Positions 31,318 through 42,416 of a DNA stretch of 64,000 nt are shown here, one piece after another. This stretch comes from a virus. Its lineage: Duplodnaviria; Heunggongvirae; Uroviricota; Caudoviricetes. How positions within the stretch are numbered: the stretch's first letter is position 1; each line of letters opens with the position of its first letter. The position numbers were made by a program, and so were the translations under genes. A model generated the notes under the pieces. That model did no database searches. It worked only from the letters and a program-made list of their open reading frames with translations, and was not told the origin of the DNA. The stretch covers positions 128,001 through 192,000 of IMG/VR virus record IMGVR_UViG_3300015615_000629. One strand, 5' to 3'.

Positions 31318-31698
31318 GTGGAATCTTTCAGAAAATTTATAGAACAAAATACAGTAGGAACGCATAATGACTATGCTTCTGGTTCCTACTTACCGAGCGA
31401 CTTTACCGGAAGCGAAGTCCCAATTAAGTATGACGGAAGACCAGGGTTTTTACCAAGCGTAGACCTTCAACTTCCATCTACTAACAAAACAGCCATGATT
31501 CGATTCATAGACATGAAACGCAATCCTATATCTATCTTTTTAACAGATGGAACAAGACTTTATCTTACAATTCATCAATTTAAAAGGATTAAAGGCACAG
31601 AACCAGCGGTTGGCAAAACATTATCTGTAACATTCCAGAGAAGCCCCGAAGACCATTCCGAACAACCTTCTCAAATAGCATCAATTACTTGTTACTAA
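31318..31698 (+). CDS. hypothetical late protein with CTS-like N-terminus
   Basis: TAAATA (31307-31312) 5 nt before GTG; ESFRKFIEQ. Confidence 0.55.
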   Translation: MESFRKFIEQNTVGTHNDYASGSYLPSDFTGSEVPIKYDGRPGFLPSVDLQLPSTNKTAMIRFIDMKRNPISIFLTDGTRLYLTIHQFKRIKGTEPAVGKTLSVTFQRSPEDHSEQPSQIASITCY

Positions 31699-31918
31699 TC
31701 TTCTATCGGTCTGTGTTTTTCGTTTCTAAAGGTATTTGGGTCAATTTTATCGGGATCGAAACTAGGACCGTAAGGGCCTGGAGTATATTCTTTATGAAGT
31801 TTTTCAATAACTTTATCAGCGATTTTGTCGGTTATCTTGCCACCGCCTAAAAACAAAACGGCAACAACAGCGATAATACCAACTACCCACCACATCTTTT
31901 TATCGTCTAAATCAAACA

Positions 31919-32947
31919 TTAGTTTTCCTCAGTTTCAAAATACTCGCTCTTATATTTATCCTCCAATTTATTTAACTTTTTCAAAATTTTAGAATATTGA
32001 GGAGTTATATCTTTTGGCATTTCTAGCCCCAATGAAACAATCATATCCCCTTTGGCACCGTTCAAAACACTATATATCCCAGCATTTGGTATCCGGAATC
32101 TAGTAGTAGGCTTAGTATTTGGTGGAATTTTCACCACATAACTATCTTTTATGCCTTTTACCTCGAACTTATGTCCAAACACCAATTGAGTATAAGTCAC
32201 AGGAACAGTAACTAAGATATTGTTGTGTTCTCGACGGAAGAATTCATGCGGTTTAGGCAAAATAGTAACAATTAATGAGCCGTTGCCTCTTCGTCCTGGT
32301 TCTCCCATATTGGGAACTCTTATTTGCATTCCTGGCTCTAAACCAGCAGGTATGTTTATTGTTATTTTTTCCTTGTGAGAGGGACTAATTCCCAAACCGA
32401 GACAATCATCGCATTTTTGCTTGACTTTTTTGCCTTTTCCGGAGCAATCTTCACAAGTTTTCATTTCAATTCCACCTGAAATTGAATGGATTTTTGCTCC
32501 TTGACCACCGCAAACAAAACATGTTTCTAAATGCAATGCACCACTTCCGTGACATTTTTTACAAGGGACAGTAACATCTACTTCGACTTCTTTCGAGCAT
32601 CCTTCTACAACATCCATGAAATCCACTTCTAAATGGATTATTTTATTCCTACCTTGCCCTTGACCGAAGAAATCGGTAAAGAAATTAGAAAAATCAGCAG
32701 GTCTGGGTTGATGTTGGCGATTTGGACGGGGTCGTGAATGGGTTGCCCCACTATCATAAAGCCTTCTTTTATGCGGATCTCCTAGAGTTTCAAAGGCTTC
32801 GGCAACTTCTTTGAACTTTTTAATTGCCGTTTCATCATCCGGATTTCTGTCCGGATGATATTTAAGGGCTGCCTCCCGATAAGCTTTTGCAATTTCTTCC
32901 TGGGAGGCAGCCCTTGTTACTCCAAGAGATGCATAAAAATCTGGCAT
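31919..32947 (-). CDS. dnaJ: DnaJ chaperone
   Basis: J-domain with HPD, four CxxCxGxG repeats, C-terminal domain. Confidence 0.95.
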   Translation of the reverse strand: MPDFYASLGVTRAASQEEIAKAYREAALKYHPDRNPDDETAIKKFKEVAEAFETLGDPHKRRLYDSGATHSRPRPNRQHQPRPADFSNFFTDFFGQGQGRNKIIHLEVDFMDVVEGCSKEVEVDVTVPCKKCHGSGALHLETCFVCGGQGAKIHSISGGIEMKTCEDCSGKGKKVKQKCDDCLGLGISPSHKEKITINIPAGLEPGMQIRVPNMGEPGRRGNGSLIVTILPKPHEFFRREHNNILVTVPVTYTQLVFGHKFEVKGIKDSYVVKIPPNTKPTTRFRIPNAGIYSVLNGAKGDMIVSLGLEMPKDITPQYSKILKKLNKLEDKYKSEYFETEEN

Positions 32948-33247
32948 TTATTCTTCGACTTCGTCCAAAATTCCCTTTATAACATGCGGCTCAATTAATT
33001 GGTATTCGTGTTCATCACCCAAACTAGGAACAGGGGTAAAATTACCAGTAACTAATACCCTATCACCAACCTTATAACCATTCTTTTCACAATCGACCAT
33101 CGGCCCAACGGAAACAATATAGCCTTGCGGTGCCCCCAAATTAACATTTTCCGACAAATGCAACTTAGTTCCAGCAATTTCTGCAGAAGTCAACCTTCTA
33201 ATTAGAACCTGATGTCCAGCGGGACGGCAACTTGTAACTTTTTTCAT
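32948..33247 (-). CDS. groES: GroES-like co-chaperonin
   Basis: RP.GHQVLIR...G.IVSVGP...KVGDRVL. Confidence 0.8.
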   Translation of the reverse strand: MKKVTSCRPAGHQVLIRRLTSAEIAGTKLHLSENVNLGAPQGYIVSVGPMVDCEKNGYKVGDRVLVTGNFTPVPSLGDEHEYQLIEPHVIKGILDEVEE

Positions 33248-33279
33248 AAAAATTTCTCCTTTGAACCTAAAATAGTAAT

Positions 33280-35820
33280 CTATTGGAGAAATTCTGCTTT
33301 TAATTTCGGATTATTACAAATAGCTGGAGCGGGGACATATGCTCCTTTTACATATTTCCAAGTAACTCTAGTTTTAATTTGCTCTCTGGCGGTCGTTATT
33401 TCAGAGCATTCATAGCCAGGAACCGCTTCATCCAACCCCTGGTAGACAAGACTAGTTACTGTAGTATTTTCGTTAAATGAGAAATTAACATTGCCGCCAC
33501 CATCGGCAGTAGAGCCATCGGCAACAATCAAAGAACCACCTCCCGCATTGCAATTCTTGACGTTTACACGGTTCATAAACGCAGAACCGAATACCTTAAG
33601 CGTCCAAGTGCTAGCAGCCCTTAAATCAAGCAAGTTTGTAGGACTTACACCATTAAATAGCAAATTACCCAAAACAGTAAATCTAGAACCGGCCAGACCA
33701 GTTAAATTGACGCTAGAGCCTGCTGTAATGGTGAAATTATTTGTTGTGTAAGTTTTAGAACTGAAGTTGGCTATTCCAGTTGAAATGTTTATATTATTAC
33801 ATTTAAAGCCCTGAGAAAACACAATATTAGTTCCTGCTACTAGTATGTCCTCAACGGTGTTACCAAGTAAATTAACGGTTTGGGTAGTGGTTCCATTAAA
33901 CATTAACAAGCCGCTACCTCTTTCCCACAACATCTTATCCGTAGTAACCTCTGTCATGGACAGGTTTTTCTTCAAAATAAGATTATTGGAATTAGTCCTT
34001 CCTGTAAACGTTTTTCCGGAAACAGTCTGGTTAAATGTAACATTTCCTAAAAATGTCATATTGACAAAGAAATCTACGGTTTCATTATCTGAACTTTGAT
34101 TAAAAACGAAATCATTAGCAAATGATAAAGTTTGCTCTAAACTAGTAATAATAACATTTCCATACGTAGTAATAGTCCCTGTATGAGACCAGCGACCATT
34201 GTTAACAATACTTGCCCCGTCCAAAAAAGTTAATTCGCCAGTGCCGGAAATAACGACACCTGAATCGATGCTAAAAAGTGCTTCTTCATGGATTAAATTT
34301 CCATCAATAGCCAAATCGCCATCAATATGTAACGAGACTATTCTTGCTCCCGCTGCTCCAATGCTGTAATCTGAACCAGCCAAAAGAATTGATTCTGGCA
34401 AAGCAACTGTTAAATCTGATTCTATAGAACCAGAACCACTAAATTCTAAAACTCCATTTTGTGGGAAGGATAAAGTGGAAGTTCCAGAGGAATCCCAACT
34501 TCCACCTATTGCAATATCTGGAGTATCAATGGCAATATCATCGCTTCCGGAAATAAGCACATCGCCATTAATTGTAAATTCATTTTCTGCAAATAAATCA
34601 ACGGTTCCACCACTTATCGTAAAATCTTCTACTGTGAGTTGATGTCCGGAAATGTTTACAGTTGCTCCTGCAGCATCTATCTCCAGATTGCCCATCGCTA
34701 CAACAGGGACTAAAGTAACGGTTTGAGTAGCCGAAGAAGGTGGAGCAAATATATTTGTTGAATTTGTTCCTTTTTGCCATGTAAAAGAACCGGCGTTATT
34801 CGTCATTGTAACGTCTGCTTCAAACGTTAATGTAGAATTAGTTCCATTTGTATAAGTAAACGTTCCAGTGCTTCCGCTAGCCCCCGTATACAATCCGGAA
34901 AAAAAAGAAACCGTATTTGTGAAAACATAAGTTCCTGCCTGGAATGAAAAATTCATAGCATTAGCACTAGCACCAGTACGGCCAAACTTTAAAATACAAT
35001 CATAAGTTCCTGGCCCAAAAGTTTGACCGCCGTCGGTAACTGCCAGAGTAATGTCAGCATCAATAGACCCATTATTTGTAATACTACCATTTTGCGATAA
35101 CAAGAATAGTGGCGGCCCATTAGAGCCATTGTCGTTAGCAAAGGTTATAGAAGAACCAGTATTCAAAGTAACATTTGTAAAAAATATCAACGGCGTTCCA
35201 GAAAGATTGCTAAAAGCAATAGATTTATCCGCAGCTACCGTCATTCTAAAAGGCCACATAACACTACGATTTACATAACCATCGCCTTGAATATTAAGGA
35301 AATGAACGTTATAGCCGCCAGGATTCTCTAACTGAAGCACTCTCGTTCCTGCTCCTGTGCCATTACAATTTAATGTCCAGTTTGTATTTACTGTCGCAGA
35401 CGCAACCGCAGTCGTAGTGCAGGAACCATACAAATCAATTACACACGTGCCAGCAATAAAGGTGGCCGCACCTGTCTGGAAAAGGATGTCACCGCCATCA
35501 GCAGAACCAATAGTGTGGTTCCCAGAGCCCAAATTAAGAGTTCCAGCACCTTGGAAATTAAGAGTTGTGCCGGAATTGTTCGTAAGAGTAAGATTATATG
35601 TAGAAGTATTGAATGTGCCGGTATAACCGGTATTCAGAAGCAACTTAGAACATGTTACATCAGCAGTTAAAGTGCAATTTCCAGTGCCACCCCCATTAAA
35701 GGTAGCATCATCACCAGTGGTTGCGGCAGTTGTATCGTTCGAGCCACCACTGGTGGTTGACCATCTGGTGTTATCGTTAAAATTGCCCGCTCCACTACCA
35801 ATCCAATATTTTGTAGCCAT
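33280..35820 (-). CDS. beta-helical adhesin / tail-fibre-like protein
   Basis: YWIGSGAGNFND.TRWSTTSGG start; G/T/N/S-rich; TAGATA 6 nt upstream. Confidence 0.6.
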   Translation of the reverse strand: MATKYWIGSGAGNFNDNTRWSTTSGGSNDTTAATTGDDATFNGGGTGNCTLTADVTCSKLLLNTGYTGTFNTSTYNLTLTNNSGTTLNFQGAGTLNLGSGNHTIGSADGGDILFQTGAATFIAGTCVIDLYGSCTTTAVASATVNTNWTLNCNGTGAGTRVLQLENPGGYNVHFLNIQGDGYVNRSVMWPFRMTVAADKSIAFSNLSGTPLIFFTNVTLNTGSSITFANDNGSNGPPLFLLSQNGSITNNGSIDADITLAVTDGGQTFGPGTYDCILKFGRTGASANAMNFSFQAGTYVFTNTVSFFSGLYTGASGSTGTFTYTNGTNSTLTFEADVTMTNNAGSFTWQKGTNSTNIFAPPSSATQTVTLVPVVAMGNLEIDAAGATVNISGHQLTVEDFTISGGTVDLFAENEFTINGDVLISGSDDIAIDTPDIAIGGSWDSSGTSTLSFPQNGVLEFSGSGSIESDLTVALPESILLAGSDYSIGAAGARIVSLHIDGDLAIDGNLIHEEALFSIDSGVVISGTGELTFLDGASIVNNGRWSHTGTITTYGNVIITSLEQTLSFANDFVFNQSSDNETVDFFVNMTFLGNVTFNQTVSGKTFTGRTNSNNLILKKNLSMTEVTTDKMLWERGSGLLMFNGTTTQTVNLLGNTVEDILVAGTNIVFSQGFKCNNINISTGIANFSSKTYTTNNFTITAGSSVNLTGLAGSRFTVLGNLLFNGVSPTNLLDLRAASTWTLKVFGSAFMNRVNVKNCNAGGGSLIVADGSTADGGGNVNFSFNENTTVTSLVYQGLDEAVPGYECSEITTAREQIKTRVTWKYVKGAYVPAPAICNNPKLKAEFLQ

Positions 35821-35837
35821 GAAAGGTATCTAGTATT

Positions 35838-36344
35838 TTAACCTTCCAAATTAGGCTCCACAACGCAAGTAATGTTTCTACCTTCCATTCTAGGACTAGG
35901 CTTGGACTTAATAAGGTCGGAAACCTTGTCCAAGAAACCATTTACAACAGTAAACCCAAGATGAGAATGTGATAATTGACTCTTCTTATTAAAGAAAAGC
36001 CTAATTTTCACTTTATTGCCAGACTCTAAGAACTTTCTGGCTTGGTTTATCTTGGTTTCAAGATCGTGTTCGGCAATATTAGGTTTTAAGCTAACTTCTT
36101 TGAGAACAGGAGTTTTTCTTTTGTTTTTACGATCTTTAACCTGTTGTTCATACTTGAATTTTCCATAATCCATAATACGACAAACAGGTGGCTTGCTATC
36201 TGGCGCTACTTCCACCAGATCCAATTCCTTCTCATAAGCCATTTTTCTGGCTTGATTCGTAGGAATTATACCTAAATTATTGTCGCCATCAATTAATCTA
36301 ACTGCGGGAACCCGTATCTGATCGTTGATCCTGCTTCTCATCAT
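35838..36344 (-). CDS. infC: translation initiation factor IF3
   Basis: RINDQIR, LDLVEVAP..KPPVCRIMDYGKFKYE, FLESGNKVK. Confidence 0.95.
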   Translation of the reverse strand: MMRSRINDQIRVPAVRLIDGDNNLGIIPTNQARKMAYEKELDLVEVAPDSKPPVCRIMDYGKFKYEQQVKDRKNKRKTPVLKEVSLKPNIAEHDLETKINQARKFLESGNKVKIRLFFNKKSQLSHSHLGFTVVNGFLDKVSDLIKSKPSPRMEGRNITCVVEPNLEG

Positions 36345-37966
36345 AATTTTTTCGATAATGCCTTAGTCATTCTATCTAATCCTACTGAAATATCGTCCGC
36401 ATCTAAAATCGCATTTATAAGCGTAAGTCCTTTATTGACAAGACCATACGACAATGCAGATTCAAGTTCATCTTCTGTTTCCACTTTAAATCCTTTGCCA
36501 CCAACTACTTCGACAAGTTTTTCATAGTTCCACTCAGCAACATCGTTAAAAGGTCCATCTAATAGAAACCGTTCTGTGGTGAAGCCGTGGTTGTTTAGAA
36601 CTATAACTATAGCATTTTGTTTTCTTTTGACAATAGTAGAAAGTTCATTACAAGACATTTGAAAAGCCCCATCCCCAACTAAAACAATAGGACGTACATT
36701 TGGAGCCGCTGTAGCGAAGCCAAGAGCCCCAGGAATAGCAAAGCCCATCGATGTATAGAAAGCAGGGCTTAAAAAGCCATTATTTCTCTTAATTACCAAA
36801 TCGATTGCCCCGAACAAAGAATCACCAATGTCGGCAATAATGGCAGTATTTTCGTCAAGAATAGAATTTATTTTTTCAAAAAGCCTTGCAACCTTCAATT
36901 TCTGACCTGCTAAAGCGGAAAATGCACTGACATCCATCTTGTTAAGAGCAGCAAATGGCTTTTTATCAAAATTGGATTTAAACAAAGATTTTGTAAAATC
37001 TAAAAACGTAACATTTGAGAAAGCATGGTTTTTTACTTTTAATTCTTCAACTGTAGAAATTACGGTTTGGCGTTTTTCAAATTTGACTGGCATGAATCCG
37101 AAATTCATATCAGTAATCATAACTCCCAGCATCAGCAAACAATCAGAAGATTCGACAATTTCTCTGACGGATTGTTTGCTTGCCTTGCCCGCATAAACGC
37201 CCAGGAACAAAGGATGAGATTCATCTACAACCGATTTGCTAAGTAATGTCGTGGCAATTGGAATGTTTAATTTTTCAGCAAATTTAGTTACTTCATTACC
37301 CAATCCGTAACGAGCCAACTGCACACCTGCCAAAATGACAGGATTTTTAGCAGAATTAATCCAAGAGATAGTTTCTTCAAGAGCTTCGTTTAGATTTTCT
37401 GGATCGCTAACGGGAGGTCTTGGTGTTCCTTGGCGGTAAACATCATAATCAAGTGGCTTTTCGGCCACATCACGTGGTAATTCGATATAAATTGGTTGCT
37501 TATGGTGTTTAAGTGCCTCAAAAACCCTATCGATTTCATATCCAGCCGTGGATGGATTGTCCAGAACAGTGCTAGCACATGTAATATTTTCAAATATTTG
37601 TTTTTGGCATTCAAAACTTCTAACCATATGGTGCAGCAAAACTCCATCTCCGCGTTCTTTTAACCCTGGAGAACCAGAGATTAGAACAACAGGGGAACGT
37701 TCGGCATAAGCACAAGCAATTGAATTGGCAAGTTTTAAAGCACCCACATTGTAGGTAACGCACACGCAACCAACACCCTTGACACGAGCATAAGCATCGG
37801 CAGCAAAACCAGCATGGGATTCGTCGGTTGTGTTAATTAATTCTATTTTTGGGAAATCAGACAGTTTTTTGTAAAATGAAAGAATATAATCTCCTGGCAG
37901 TCCAAACACATGTTGGATTCCAGAATTATGCAACCGTTCAATTAAAAAGTCGGCTACAGATGGCAT
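36341..37966 (-). CDS. TPP-dependent alpha-keto-acid (pyruvate/indolepyruvate) decarboxylase
   Basis: VFGLPGDY, GFAADAYAR, LHH, GDGAFQMS...LNNHGFTTER. Confidence 0.9.
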   Translation of the reverse strand: MPSVADFLIERLHNSGIQHVFGLPGDYILSFYKKLSDFPKIELINTTDESHAGFAADAYARVKGVGCVCVTYNVGALKLANSIACAYAERSPVVLISGSPGLKERGDGVLLHHMVRSFECQKQIFENITCASTVLDNPSTAGYEIDRVFEALKHHKQPIYIELPRDVAEKPLDYDVYRQGTPRPPVSDPENLNEALEETISWINSAKNPVILAGVQLARYGLGNEVTKFAEKLNIPIATTLLSKSVVDESHPLFLGVYAGKASKQSVREIVESSDCLLMLGVMITDMNFGFMPVKFEKRQTVISTVEELKVKNHAFSNVTFLDFTKSLFKSNFDKKPFAALNKMDVSAFSALAGQKLKVARLFEKINSILDENTAIIADIGDSLFGAIDLVIKRNNGFLSPAFYTSMGFAIPGALGFATAAPNVRPIVLVGDGAFQMSCNELSTIVKRKQNAIVIVLNNHGFTTERFLLDGPFNDVAEWNYEKLVEVVGGKGFKVETEDELESALSYGLVNKGLTLINAILDADDISVGLDRMTKALSKKL

Positions 37967-37977
37967 TCAAACTCCTT

Positions 37978-38769
37978 TTAGGTGGTTGTTGGAGAATCAA
38001 CAATTTTGATTAAAAATCCACTTCCTTCGGATGGAAAACGTCGAACCCATTCAACTCCATCACCCAAATCACAGCCAAAATCACTAGGACTAAGATCTGC
38101 CGAAGTAAAACTTGGGATTATATCTGGAAAAGATGTAAAAGCATGCTCAACTGTCATACTCAGTAATTTGAATTCTAACCAATAGCAACCAGGAAGACAA
38201 GTGTCATTAGACTGAAAAGTATAAACTAAAAAAGTTTCACTTAATTGATCGGTCAAAGTTGAACCATCTTCTTGCAGAATATCCCTCAATACGGACTGAA
38301 TCTCAGCAGTTCCATTTAATACTCTAAAAATCTTGATTACCGTCCCACGCTTCCAATCACTGGCTGTAGTGCCGCCATAAGCACGTTCTACCTTTACCAA
38401 CTTATTGGTTTCGTCGAAGGCGGTAACAAGCATCTTTTCTGGCAGACGAACTCTATCCATTACCAGAATATCGCCGACCATAATTTGCTCAAAACCAACA
38501 TTATTTGCAAGGGGAAAATACTCATCTTCCGCAGTTATGTTGCTCTTTAACTTTGCCAACGCCCACATGTTCACTTCGGCAATGAGGTTTGTGGCACTTA
38601 AATCAAGCGGTCCATCACAGTCCGACACACTAACCTTAAAATCTGGTTTGGTGTCGTGTCGTTTGATAGTAAAGTCTGGGCAGCGGTTTTGTGGGCAACC
38701 ATCCTTTGAAGGACAGTTGCTTGAAGATGTGCTTCCACAGGGAATTCCAGTTCGATTATTGCAAGCCAT
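37978..38769 (-). CDS. putative virion structural protein
   Basis: FTIKRHDT.P N-terminal beta pattern; shared TATATA motif 5 nt upstream. Confidence 0.45.
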   Translation of the reverse strand: MACNNRTGIPCGSTSSSNCPSKDGCPQNRCPDFTIKRHDTKPDFKVSVSDCDGPLDLSATNLIAEVNMWALAKLKSNITAEDEYFPLANNVGFEQIMVGDILVMDRVRLPEKMLVTAFDETNKLVKVERAYGGTTASDWKRGTVIKIFRVLNGTAEIQSVLRDILQEDGSTLTDQLSETFLVYTFQSNDTCLPGCYWLEFKLLSMTVEHAFTSFPDIIPSFTSADLSPSDFGCDLGDGVEWVRRFPSEGSGFLIKIVDSPTTT

Positions 38770-38774
38770 GAACT

Positions 38775-38780
38775 TATATA
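38775..38780. promoter_or_regulatory. palindromic TATATA shared by two divergent genes
   Basis: 5 nt from the minus-strand ATG (38769) and 6 nt from the plus-strand ATG (38787). Confidence 0.6.
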
Positions 38781-38786
38781 TTGTGT

Positions 38787-39815
38787 ATGTTTTGGCATTT
38801 AACAGAAGGCATTCTTGCTTTTAGCAAAGAAGACTTAGAAAAAGAATATAATAAGGAAAGTTATAAGGTCGCTCATATTTACATGGACGGCAAAGGCATT
38901 GTCCATTTAGGTTATTATGGAAAAGACCCAAACAACCTAGCAACTATATTTTCTAGAACTGCGGAAGTAACCCTCTGGCCGGATGAAAAGAAAATTTCCG
39001 TCAGAAGAACAAGTTTTGGCAGAATTAGTCCAAGACTAGACCAATTAATCAAAACATTGAAGTCAAACGGGATCGTAGATGATTCATGGCATTTAGACGC
39101 CAGAGGATTAGGAGGAATTGGATATTACAAGGACGGAAAATATGTTACAGAACCAGAAGAAATCAATAAATCTCCATTAAGTAAATTAAGACGCCTCGAT
39201 AAGAGTATTACCGATTTAGTCGCTTATCACGGAACGTCTGAAGAAGATTGGCAGAAGATTCAGAAATTTGGCGGCTTATCCCCTCTCTTCATGTCTTCCG
39301 GAACGACAGGAGGCTATGAAAGCAGATATAAACACGAGTACAATAAAAAAACCTTATATTTAGCCGGAACCATGCAGAAAGCATGGGATTATGCCACTAC
39401 AAGAGCCAAACAAATAAGCACTAAAAACGGGCAAAAATATGGTAGTTCGCCATGTGATTTACTGGTTAAGCCCATTGTTTTAAGAGTTAATATCCCAGAT
39501 ATTACAAAATTACGTTCAGATGATGATGCTGTAAATTCTATAATGTCTAAATGGGCAAGAAGAATTTGGGATAAATTCAGTTACGAGGAGAAAAAAGATT
39601 TAATTAAGAAGATGAGCGACGAGCGGGGTTTTGACGTAAGTTCGATGCCTGATTATATTTGGAGAGAGACGGACGCTGGCTTTGCGAAGTTGCTTTCTTT
39701 GCTTCCGAAGGACGCTTTTCAGGCTTGGTTTGCTTCTGCGAAGAGGACTGGTCAGATTGGCTATCGGGGAGTGATTCCTCTTCGTTTTCTTCAGAATCTT
39801 GATCTTTGTTCTTAA
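38787..39815 (+). CDS. ADP-ribosyltransferase-fold protein (putative)
   Basis: AYHGTS...I.KFGGLSP...LYLA...A..YA...IGYRGVIP. Confidence 0.55.
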   Translation: MFWHLTEGILAFSKEDLEKEYNKESYKVAHIYMDGKGIVHLGYYGKDPNNLATIFSRTAEVTLWPDEKKISVRRTSFGRISPRLDQLIKTLKSNGIVDDSWHLDARGLGGIGYYKDGKYVTEPEEINKSPLSKLRRLDKSITDLVAYHGTSEEDWQKIQKFGGLSPLFMSSGTTGGYESRYKHEYNKKTLYLAGTMQKAWDYATTRAKQISTKNGQKYGSSPCDLLVKPIVLRVNIPDITKLRSDDDAVNSIMSKWARRIWDKFSYEEKKDLIKKMSDERGFDVSSMPDYIWRETDAGFAKLLSLLPKDAFQAWFASAKRTGQIGYRGVIPLRFLQNLDLCS

Positions 39816-39981
39816 CGTCCTTTTCGTCGTCCTTCGGCTTTTCCTTCTTTTTCTTCTCAATGGTATCTTTGAGAATATTTAACTCTTTCTTTAGAGCGTC
39901 AGCTTCCTTGAGCCAATTATCAACAGATTTGTTGAGAGGACGCTTTTTAGATTCTAATAAATACCATTCCTTGAAGAGCAT
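39604..39981 (-). CDS. charged protein with CTS-like N-terminus
   Basis: MLFKEWYLLES; K/E/S-rich tail; 3' end overlaps the convergent gene. Confidence 0.5.
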   Translation of the reverse strand: MLFKEWYLLESKKRPLNKSVDNWLKEADALKKELNILKDTIEKKKKEKPKDDEKDVKNKDQDSEENEEESLPDSQSDQSSSQKQTKPEKRPSEAKKATSQSQRPSLSKYNQASNLRQNPARRSSS

Positions 39982-41049
39982 ATCATATATTGGCTTCTAG
40001 GTCTGAAATTTCCGTATTCAGGTCTGAAATATCGCGTTCAATGGAAGATAGTTTATCTTCGCTCCAACGAAGTGGTTTTTTCCTTAAACTTGATTTTAGA
40101 AGTTTAATTTTTGCAGTCGTTTCAGCAATCATTCCTTGGATTCTGGCGATTTCGATAAAATGGTCGTGCATTCATTAGTGGAGTTACTTTCATCTAATCT
40201 AGCACGCAATTTCCAATAAGGAATCTTTAATTTTCCTTCTTTTATGTGAACAACGGCATCAATATCGCCATTTTTCATGGCTTCCTCAAAAGATTCCTCT
40301 AGAAACAGAATCTTTTTCTTGAGGATAATTTTCCAACGACGAGACATAGCGAAGCCGGTATGTTCGCTAAATCGGGTGTAATTATGGAATTTCCAGTAGT
40401 AAGCCAGAAAGGCTCGCTGGCATTCAGAGCGAAAATATTTAAAAAACCAACGTTTGTCGCGGGGGACTTCGGAAAATTCCCCCGCGACAAACGTTATCTG
40501 ATCATCGTATTGATCGTCTGGATTTATCCAATTCTTGTACCGTGACATAATTCCAGAAAAGCAATAGTAATACCTCCAGCATAACGCTTCGGAATATTCA
40601 TTATCGAGCATTCATCGAGAATGGAGATAATGAGTTTGGTTTCCGGAGCAATAGCTTCATCAAAATCCGTTTCGACATCAATGGTGTCGTAAATTCGATT
40701 CACTGCGGTGCTGATATCTAGTTGTAGAATCTCAGCATATCGTTGCGAATGCAACATCTTTTTTGGGATTGGCCCGCCGCAATAGAATTCACGTTTATCG
40801 AAAAACTTTTCCATGCACTGCCGAGCAAAGATAAAGTCTTCCGGCGAAGATTCTTCGCAAAGATTGTCAGGAATTCCTAAAGTTTCTTGAAATTCCTCGT
40901 CTACGTCCTCGTAGAACAATTCAGCTAAATCAGGCACTTCCACAAAAATCTCCTTAAGGACTGTGGCGTCCAGTTTATTTTGCCACTCTAGCAAAATAAA
41001 TCAAAATCAACAATACATATTTGTAGAGAATTTACCTCACAGGTGGTTT

Positions 41050-41541
41050 ATGAAAAAGGTTATATTATTGTTTTGCTTTTTGGCTGTTTTTACAGGCTGT
41101 AATCCATTTAGTCCGAAAATCAACGAGAAAATCAACAATCAAGAAGGCAAAATCGACGAAATCCGAAATAATCAAAATGGCGTTATGACCGACATCATGA
41201 AATTACAACAAAAAGCCGAAGTCAACGCTAGAGACATCGAAAACATGCAGCAAGGAATTGTAAACAAGAACGAAGAAAATACGGGAATCCAAATACTAAA
41301 CGGTGATGGAGCCCTGCTGCTGGTTTTTGTAATTACATGCGTCTCGCTGTTCTTTATCTTTCACTATCGCGGCAAAGCCGTAACCAGTGAAAAAATGGCA
41401 AACTTATTAGTGCAACAAGTCGCTGAACGCAAAGATGACGAACTTGAAAACAACATTTTCTTGGCAAGCCTTCACGCAGGGGTTCAAGAAAACCTCTACA
41501 ATATGATGCTTAAAGCCAAACGAGACCAGGGTAATGGCTAA
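41050..41541 (+). CDS. lipoprotein with coiled coil and a second TM (u-spanin-like topology)
   Basis: MKKVILLFCFLAVFTG|C lipobox, heptad-like region, TM GALLLVFVITCVSLFFIF. Confidence 0.5.
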   Translation: MKKVILLFCFLAVFTGCNPFSPKINEKINNQEGKIDEIRNNQNGVMTDIMKLQQKAEVNARDIENMQQGIVNKNEENTGIQILNGDGALLLVFVITCVSLFFIFHYRGKAVTSEKMANLLVQQVAERKDDELENNIFLASLHAGVQENLYNMMLKAKRDQGNG

Positions 41542-41828
41542 CAAGAAAAAGTCAATACATCTTTTCTGATTTTTCAAAATAAGTAAACTAGGGGATGTCG
41601 TAGCCTTGCTTAATATGACGTAAAAATGGATACCCTGGGCAATTATCTCCCAACGGCACATTTGCTTTTGCCGGATCGTTGCCAGCTTTTGCTTGATCTG
41701 TCTTGAATTTCTTCACTCGTCCATCGATTTTTTGTTTCAAAACCGTTTTTTTCACACAATGATGCCCTCCGTTACCATCATGCGTGCAATAAATGCATTC
41801 AGAAGCCCCAGAGCCCAACAGACAAACA

Positions 41829-42416
41829 TCATCCAGTTGTTTTTTTGTTAGCATAATACACTTCTTCTCCTTTAGATATCAAAATATCATTGTGATGGTC
41901 GATCTCGTGTTGAGAAACGATTGCCGCATAATCCGTCTGCTTTTCTTCGATTTCTACAAACTTTGGCTCGCCATCAACTACCAATTCCAATCCCCGCACA
42001 ATCACTTCGCTAGACCTGGATACCTTGAACAATCGGCAAACGCCGTTTTCATCCCGTAATGAAAGACAACCCTCCACAGTTTCAACATTTTCACCAACTT
42101 TTTCGTATTCACAGTTTACAAAAAATCTGGTTTTTTCCAAACGGGTCAAAAACAATTTATAAGGAATTCCAACCTGGACAGCTGATAATCCAATTCCCTT
42201 TTCACGAATACATAAATCTTCCAACATTAAACAAATTTTGTAGATTTCCACAACATCAAGCGGACAATTTACTGCTTTAGGGATTTTATCGACAGGTACT
42301 ATCGCCGCTCGTAGAGCATTTGTAATCTGGTCGACGAAGCCTAAAATTCCATCTTCGGCTTCGATATCAGCAGCCGCACGAAAGACATCGTTTATCTCTG
42401 TGAGGGGTTTTGACAT
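41829..42416 (-). CDS. def: peptide deformylase
   Basis: GIGLSAVQVG, EGCLS, QHEIDH. Confidence 0.92.
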   Translation of the reverse strand: MSKPLTEINDVFRAAADIEAEDGILGFVDQITNALRAAIVPVDKIPKAVNCPLDVVEIYKICLMLEDLCIREKGIGLSAVQVGIPYKLFLTRLEKTRFFVNCEYEKVGENVETVEGCLSLRDENGVCRLFKVSRSSEVIVRGLELVVDGEPKFVEIEEKQTDYAAIVSQHEIDHHNDILISKGEEVYYANKKTTG

